A stretch of DNA of 24,000 bases from the NCBI GenBank assembly GCA_920888515.1, contig CAKKTM010000260.1, forward strand, positions 3,837 through 27,836, given 5' to 3'. This stretch comes from Frankia sp. CiP1_Cm_nod1. Its GTDB lineage: Bacteria; Actinomycetota; Actinomycetes; Frankiales; Frankiaceae. The translations under genes were made by a program, and so were the position numbers. Under the pieces are notes generated by a model that was not told the origin of the DNA, did no database searches, and saw only the letters and a list, made by a program, of their open reading frames with translations. Positions 20,213 through 24,000 of the stretch are shown here, in pieces. Each line of letters opens with the position of its first letter. Within the stretch, counting starts at the first letter, position 1.

Positions 20213-21129
20213 GCACCGTCCTGGTCGAGACGGGTGATCGCCGTCGCGGCATGGATGAGAACAAGATCGCCAATGGTCACCGGATCGACCGGCAGGATGC
20301 TGACAAGCTCCACCCCGGTGGCGGTACGCACCAGCGCCAGGCCGTCGGCCGGCCCCTGTTGCGCGATCACCTCGCCGAGCCGGCCTTCGTCACCGCAGGT
20401 GACGCACGTCCCGCCGTCCTGCTCACGCCCGTCCTGCTCACGCCCGTCCTGCTCACGCCCGGACGGGTGGAGCACGGCGGTGTGCTCGAGGCAGGTGTGC
20501 TCGAGGCAGAGGTGGGCCAGCTCCCACAGCAGGTGGTAGAGGAGCACGAACCGGCCGGTGGCCGGCAGCGGCGGATCCGGGTCGTCCAGCCACAGCACAT
20601 GGTCAGCCGCGCCGGCGGGCGGACGCGGGCCGCTACCGATCCATATCGTGCCCGTCCCCCAGGCCGGCGCCCGGCGCAGCACGGAACGCGTCACCGGATC
20701 ATCGGCGGCGGCCACGGCGAGGACGACGTCACCGGGCCGGGCCGCCAGCCGGATCATGGCGACGGGATCCGGGCCGGTCACGGCCACCGCGGGCAGCGCC
20801 GGTTTGCCGACGACGGCCGGATGGACGAACTCGACCGCGATGTGGTGCGCGTGCGGCCCCCACGCCGGGGACAGGCACCACAGCGTGGCGCCACCGGCGA
20901 AACGCCGGGCCAGCGCGAGCGAGGCGGCCGCGAGATCAGCGGCAAGATCCTCGGTCAGCCCACCGTCGTCGGCACTGTCCACGCCACCGGTGGCGCCGAC
21001 CTCCGCGCTCTCGGTGGCGCCGCCGACAGCACCGGCCGTCACCTCCGGGGCGCCCGCCAGCTCCCGCCGCGCCTCCCGGGAACATCCTGTCACAGCGCCA
21101 TCACCACTGGCGACCGCCAGGGCACTCAT
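20209..21129 (-). CDS. Fusion protein: degenerate SIS-like N-terminal domain plus HypC/HupF-like C-terminal domain
   Basis: ATG at 21129 (MSALAVASG...) forms an ATGA overlap with the upstream hypC stop (21128-21126). N-terminal part: LALARRFAGGATLWCLSPAWGPHAHHIAVEFVHP...GDVVLAVAAADD...LLYHLLWELAH. C-terminal part: CVTCGDEGRLGEVIAQQG...VDPVTIGDLVLIHAATAITRLD (HupF/HypC-like OB fold). The linker carries GREQD x3 (15-bp x3, 20416-20460) and CLEHT x2 (15-bp x2, 20479-20508). Confidence 0.75.
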   Translation of the reverse strand: MSALAVASGDGAVTGCSREARRELAGAPEVTAGAVGGATESAEVGATGGVDSADDGGLTEDLAADLAAASLALARRFAGGATLWCLSPAWGPHAHHIAVEFVHPAVVGKPALPAVAVTGPDPVAMIRLAARPGDVVLAVAAADDPVTRSVLRRAPAWGTGTIWIGSGPRPPAGAADHVLWLDDPDPPLPATGRFVLLYHLLWELAHLCLEHTCLEHTAVLHPSGREQDGREQDGREQDGGTCVTCGDEGRLGEVIAQQGPADGLALVRTATGVELVSILPVDPVTIGDLVLIHAATAITRLDQDGA

Positions 21130-21434
21130 CGCATTCCCCCGATTTTCCCGGCTCCCCTGGCTCCCCTGATTTCCTCGGCTTCTGTGGGATGACCGGCCGC
21201 GGTGTCGTCGATCAGCTCGTATTCGCGCATCATGTCCAGGGTGCGCAGCGCCGACCGCCGGTCGAGCCGGGTCAGGGCGAAACCGGCGTGCACCATGGTG
21301 TAGTCGCCGGCCGCGAGATCCGGCAGATAGGCCAGGCACACCTTCCGCGTCTCACCGGGGAAGGCGACGTGGGCCATCCTGGTCCCGCTCTCGTCCCAGA
21401 CCTCGACGATCCGGCCCGGAATCCCCAGGCACAT
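21126..21434 (-). CDS. hypC: Hydrogenase assembly chaperone HypC/HupF family (second paralog)
   Basis: MCLGIPGRIVEVWDESGTRMAHVAFPGETRKVCLAYLPDLAAGDYTMVHAGFALTRLD. ATG at 21434 is 2 nt after the hypF stop (21439-21437). Confidence 0.9.
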   Translation of the reverse strand: MCLGIPGRIVEVWDESGTRMAHVAFPGETRKVCLAYLPDLAAGDYTMVHAGFALTRLDRRSALRTLDMMREYELIDDTAAGHPTEAEEIRGARGAGKIGGMR

Positions 21435-21436
21435 GG

Positions 21437-24000
21437 TCACCTCTCCTCTTCGTCCCCGGCGCGCAGGCGCAGCACCGCGACCGCCGCCTGCCCGAGCGCG
21501 AGCCCGCCGTCGTTGGGCGGCACCAGGTGGTGGACGAGCGTGTCGAATCCGGCGGCGCGCAGCCTGTCCCGGCAGGCGCGCAGCAACAGCACGTTCTGGA
21601 ACACCCCGCCGGTCAGGCCGGCCAGCCGCACGCCCCGCTGCCGGCCGACTCGGGTCACCACCTCGGCGACCGCGTCGGCCACCGCCTCGTGGAACGCCGC
21701 GGCCAGCACCGCCACCGGTGTGCCGCCGCGCAGCCCGGCCACCAGCGCGCGCAGCAGTGGCGCCGGGTCGAGCACGCCGTCCGCCCCGACCGCCAGCCGT
21801 GGCACCGCCGCCAGCCCCGACGCCCCGGGCACCTCCGATGTCCCTGTTGACGTCCCCATCACCGCCGCCACCGCCGCCGCGCCCGCCGCCGATGCCCCCG
21901 CTACCGGCCGCCCCGATCCCGGCCGAGCCCCCGGTGACGCCGGGACTTCCGCGGACGCCCCGGCCGCCGCTTCGAGCGCGGCCGCTTCGAGCGCGATCGC
22001 GGCCTGGCCCTCGTACTCGACGCGGTGGCAGACGCCCAGCAGGGAGGAGACCGCGTCGAAGAGGCGTCCCATGCTGGTGCAGGGGACGCAGCCGATGCCG
22101 CTGTCGAGCTGGGAGCGCACCGCGGCCAGCTCGGCGGGCCGGCAGGCGGTGACCGCTGGCAGGTCCGGCGCCCACGGGATGCCGGCGGCGGCCAGGTGGG
22201 ACAGCGCCATCCGGCACGGGTTGCGCACGGCCGCGTCCCCACCGGGCAGCGGCACCGCGCGCAGATGGCCGACGCGGGTGAAGCGATGGCTGTCCGTCCC
22301 GAGCAGCAGCACCTCACCGCCCCAGACCTCACCGCCCCAGACTTCACCGCCCTGAGCCGCCCCGCCCTGGCCCGCCCCGCCCCAGGACGCACCGTCCCGA
22401 ACCGCACCGCCCCGGCCCGCGCCGTCCCGAACCGCACTGCCCCGAACTGCACCGCCAGCGCTACCGACACCACCGATGCCAGCCCCGCCAGTACCCCCGA
22501 TGCCGTAGCCGGTGCCGTCGAAGGCCACTCCGATGATCGGCTCGCCCAGCCTGCCGTGCTCGGCGAGCAGGGAGACCACGTGCGCATGATGATGTTGGAC
22601 GAGCAGCGGCGGCTGGTCCCCGGCGTGGCGCTCGGCCCAGCGGCGGGTCGAGTACCCCGGGTGGGCGTCGGCGGCCAGCCGCGCCGGGCGCACGGCGTAT
22701 ACGGCGGTGAGCCGCCCGACCGACCGCTCGAAGGCACGCAGCGTCGCCAGGGATCCCATGTCACCGACATGCGCCGAGCAGAACGCACGCTCACCGTCGG
22801 TGACGCAGAAGGTGTTCTTCAGCTCCCCGCCGACGGCCAGGACCCCCTCGGCCGGCCAACGTGAACCATCCTGATCCGCCTCCCGCTCACGGTCGCCCGT
22901 GGACGCCGTCCGGCCGGGACCGCCCGTGGACGCCGTCCGGCCGAGGTCGATCGGCAACGGTGCGTAGCCGCGGGAGCGGCGGATCGGCAGCTCACGGCCG
23001 TCGACGACGCGGACCACCGAGTCATCGCAGGGCAGCAGGATCGGACGGTCGTGGGTGAGTATCGCGTCGGCCAGCGCCGGCAGCCGGCCGCAGACGTCAG
23101 CGGTGCCGGTGCCGGCGGTGTCGGCGGTGTCGGCGGTGTCGGTGCCGGCGGTGTCGGTGTCGGCGTCCTCGAAGCAGATCGGCTCGCCGGCCAGGTTGGC
23201 GCTGGTCAGCACGACGCACGCCGGGGGCGCGACGTCCGCGCCGGGCACCTGGGCGAACAGCAGGTGATGCAGGGGCGAGTAGGGCAGCAGCAGGCCGATC
23301 AGCGGGTTGCCGGGCGCCACGTCCGCTGTGACGGGGGCGTCCGGCCGGCGCCGCAGCAGCACGACCGGCCGGGCCGGGCCGCGCAGCACCGCGGCCTCGG
23401 CCGGGCTGATCTCGGCGAGCTGCCGGGCCACGTCGAGATCCCGGGCCATCACCGCGAACGCCTTGCCCGCCCGCGCCTTGCGCGCGCGCAGCAGCCGCAC
23501 CGCCGCCGGGCTGTCGGCCCGGCAGGCCAGGTGGTAGCCGCCGATCCCCTTCACCGCGACGACGCGGCCGTCGGCCAGCGCCCGCTGGGCCGCGGCCAGC
23601 GCCTCGTCCGGCCCGGTGCCCTGCGCCCCCGGCACCTCGGCGGCGCAGGGGACGAAGGACAGCCGCGGCCCGCAGTCCGGGCAGCACACGGGCTGGGCGT
23701 GGAAGCGGCGGTCGGCCGGGTCGTGATATTCGGCCGCGCAGGCCGGGCACATCGGGAAGCCCGCCATGGTGGTGGCCGCCCGGTCGTAGGGCAGCGACCG
23801 GATGATGGTGAACCGGGGGCCGCAGGCGGCGCAGGTGACGAACGGATGGCGGTAGCGCCGGTCGGCCGGGTCGAACAGCTCCCGTACGCAGTCGTCACAC
23901 ACCGCCATGTCCGGGGGGACGACAGCGCCAGCGCTGCCAGCGGTGCCACCTGTGCCACCTGTGCCACCTGTGCCACCAGTGCCGCCTGCGCCAGCGACGC
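21437..24000 (-). CDS. hypF: [NiFe]-hydrogenase maturation carbamoyltransferase HypF (5' end / acylphosphatase domain off the right edge)
   Basis: Double zinc-finger region [72 protein letters not shown]. YrdC-like [17 protein letters not shown]. Kae1-like C-terminus [10 protein letters not shown]...[17 protein letters not shown]. The frame stays open upstream of the first Met to 24000 (...[29 protein letters not shown]). There are several low-complexity insertions from tandem repeats: 22312-22455, 22894-22947, 23098-23167, 23943-23987. Confidence 0.95.
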   Translation of the reverse strand, partial: VAGAGGTGGTGGTGGTGGTAGSAGAVVPPDMAVCDDCVRELFDPADRRYRHPFVTCAACGPRFTIIRSLPYDRAATTMAGFPMCPACAAEYHDPADRRFHAQPVCCPDCGPRLSFVPCAAEVPGAQGTGPDEALAAAQRALADGRVVAVKGIGGYHLACRADSPAAVRLLRARKARAGKAFAVMARDLDVARQLAEISPAEAAVLRGPARPVVLLRRRPDAPVTADVAPGNPLIGLLLPYSPLHHLLFAQVPGADVAPPACVVLTSANLAGEPICFEDADTDTAGTDTADTADTAGTGTADVCGRLPALADAILTHDRPILLPCDDSVVRVVDGRELPIRRSRGYAPLPIDLGRTASTGGPGRTASTGDREREADQDGSRWPAEGVLAVGGELKNTFCVTDGERAFCSAHVGDMGSLATLRAFERSVGRLTAVYAVRPARLAADAHPGYSTRRWAERHAGDQPPLLVQHHHAHVVSLLAEHGRLGEPIIGVAFDGTGYGIGGTGGAGIGGVGSAGGAVRGSAVRDGAGRGGAVRDGASWGGAGQGGAAQGGEVWGGEVWGGEVLLLGTDSHRFTRVGHLRAVPLPGGDAAVRNPCRMALSHLAAAGIPWAPDLPAVTACRPAELAAVRSQLDSGIGCVPCTSMGRLFDAVSSLLGVCHRVEYEGQAAIALEAAALEAAAGASAEVPASPGARPGSGRPVAGASAAGAAAVAAVMGTSTGTSEVPGASGLAAVPRLAVGADGVLDPAPLLRALVAGLRGGTPVAVLAAAFHEAVADAVAEVVTRVGRQRGVRLAGLTGGVFQNVLLLRACRDRLRAAGFDTLVHHLVPPNDGGLALGQAAVAVLRLRAGDEEER

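Noticed and set aside
17442-20237. Very long plus-strand ORFs: 931 aa here, plus 17395..19389, 15740..17500, 3102..4811, 1672..3048 and 14955..15992.
   Set aside because: They lie antisense to genes with unambiguous family signatures (hypE, SIS, hypD, radical SAM, ThiF). Their products are Arg/Pro/Gly/Ala/Ser-rich with no motifs. This is typical stop-codon-poor shadow ORF behaviour in high-GC DNA.
1-24000. Search for mobile-element hallmarks (transposase, integrase, terminal inverted repeats, tRNA-adjacent island boundary) and for tRNA/rRNA genes.
   Set aside because: None was recognised by eye. The AT-richer dips (about 100-230, 4740-4850, 11690-11760, 14900-14975, 17870-17935) are short and lack associated recombinase genes.

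Overview
High-GC actinobacterial-type chromosomal DNA (GC judged by eye at about 70% or more, not computed; taxon not determinable from this window). Essentially every credible gene is on the minus strand. Most long plus-strand ORFs in the track are antisense shadow ORFs. There are three blocks. (1) 1-7739 is a tightly packed, partly translationally coupled cluster. It encodes a 7-bladed WD40 propeller fused to a degenerate vWA-like domain, an orphan AmrS-type radical SAM enzyme, a small acidic protein, a protein with an internally duplicated Cys/His (zinc-ribbon or RING-like) module, a tiny Pro/Gly-rich ORF, and a ThiF/E1-like adenylyltransferase with a Cys-rich C-terminal extension. It also encodes a protein beginning with an EAD1-like effector-associated adaptor module; this ORF is absent from the track because it runs off the left edge. 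This block is my best candidate for an undescribed conflict/signalling system (ubiquitin-like transfer or peptide modification). (2) 7904-14680 holds accessory genes: a TetR regulator, a SARP regulator, a frameshifted DHA2-type MFS exporter, two decayed luciferase-like monooxygenase remnants, an FAD-dependent oxidoreductase, a non-coding 13-bp tandem array and a DUF3237-like protein. (3) 15099-24000 is a [NiFe]-hydrogenase maturation cluster: hypF (partial), hypC, SIS/HypC-like fusion, SIS protein, hypE, spacer, hypC, spacer, hypD, DUF6390-like protein. No structural hydrogenase, hypA or hypB lies in the window. A window-wide peculiarity is the large number of in-frame 9-27 bp tandem repeats inside otherwise conserved proteins. 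I recognised no rRNA, tRNA, CRISPR array, transposase or integrase.
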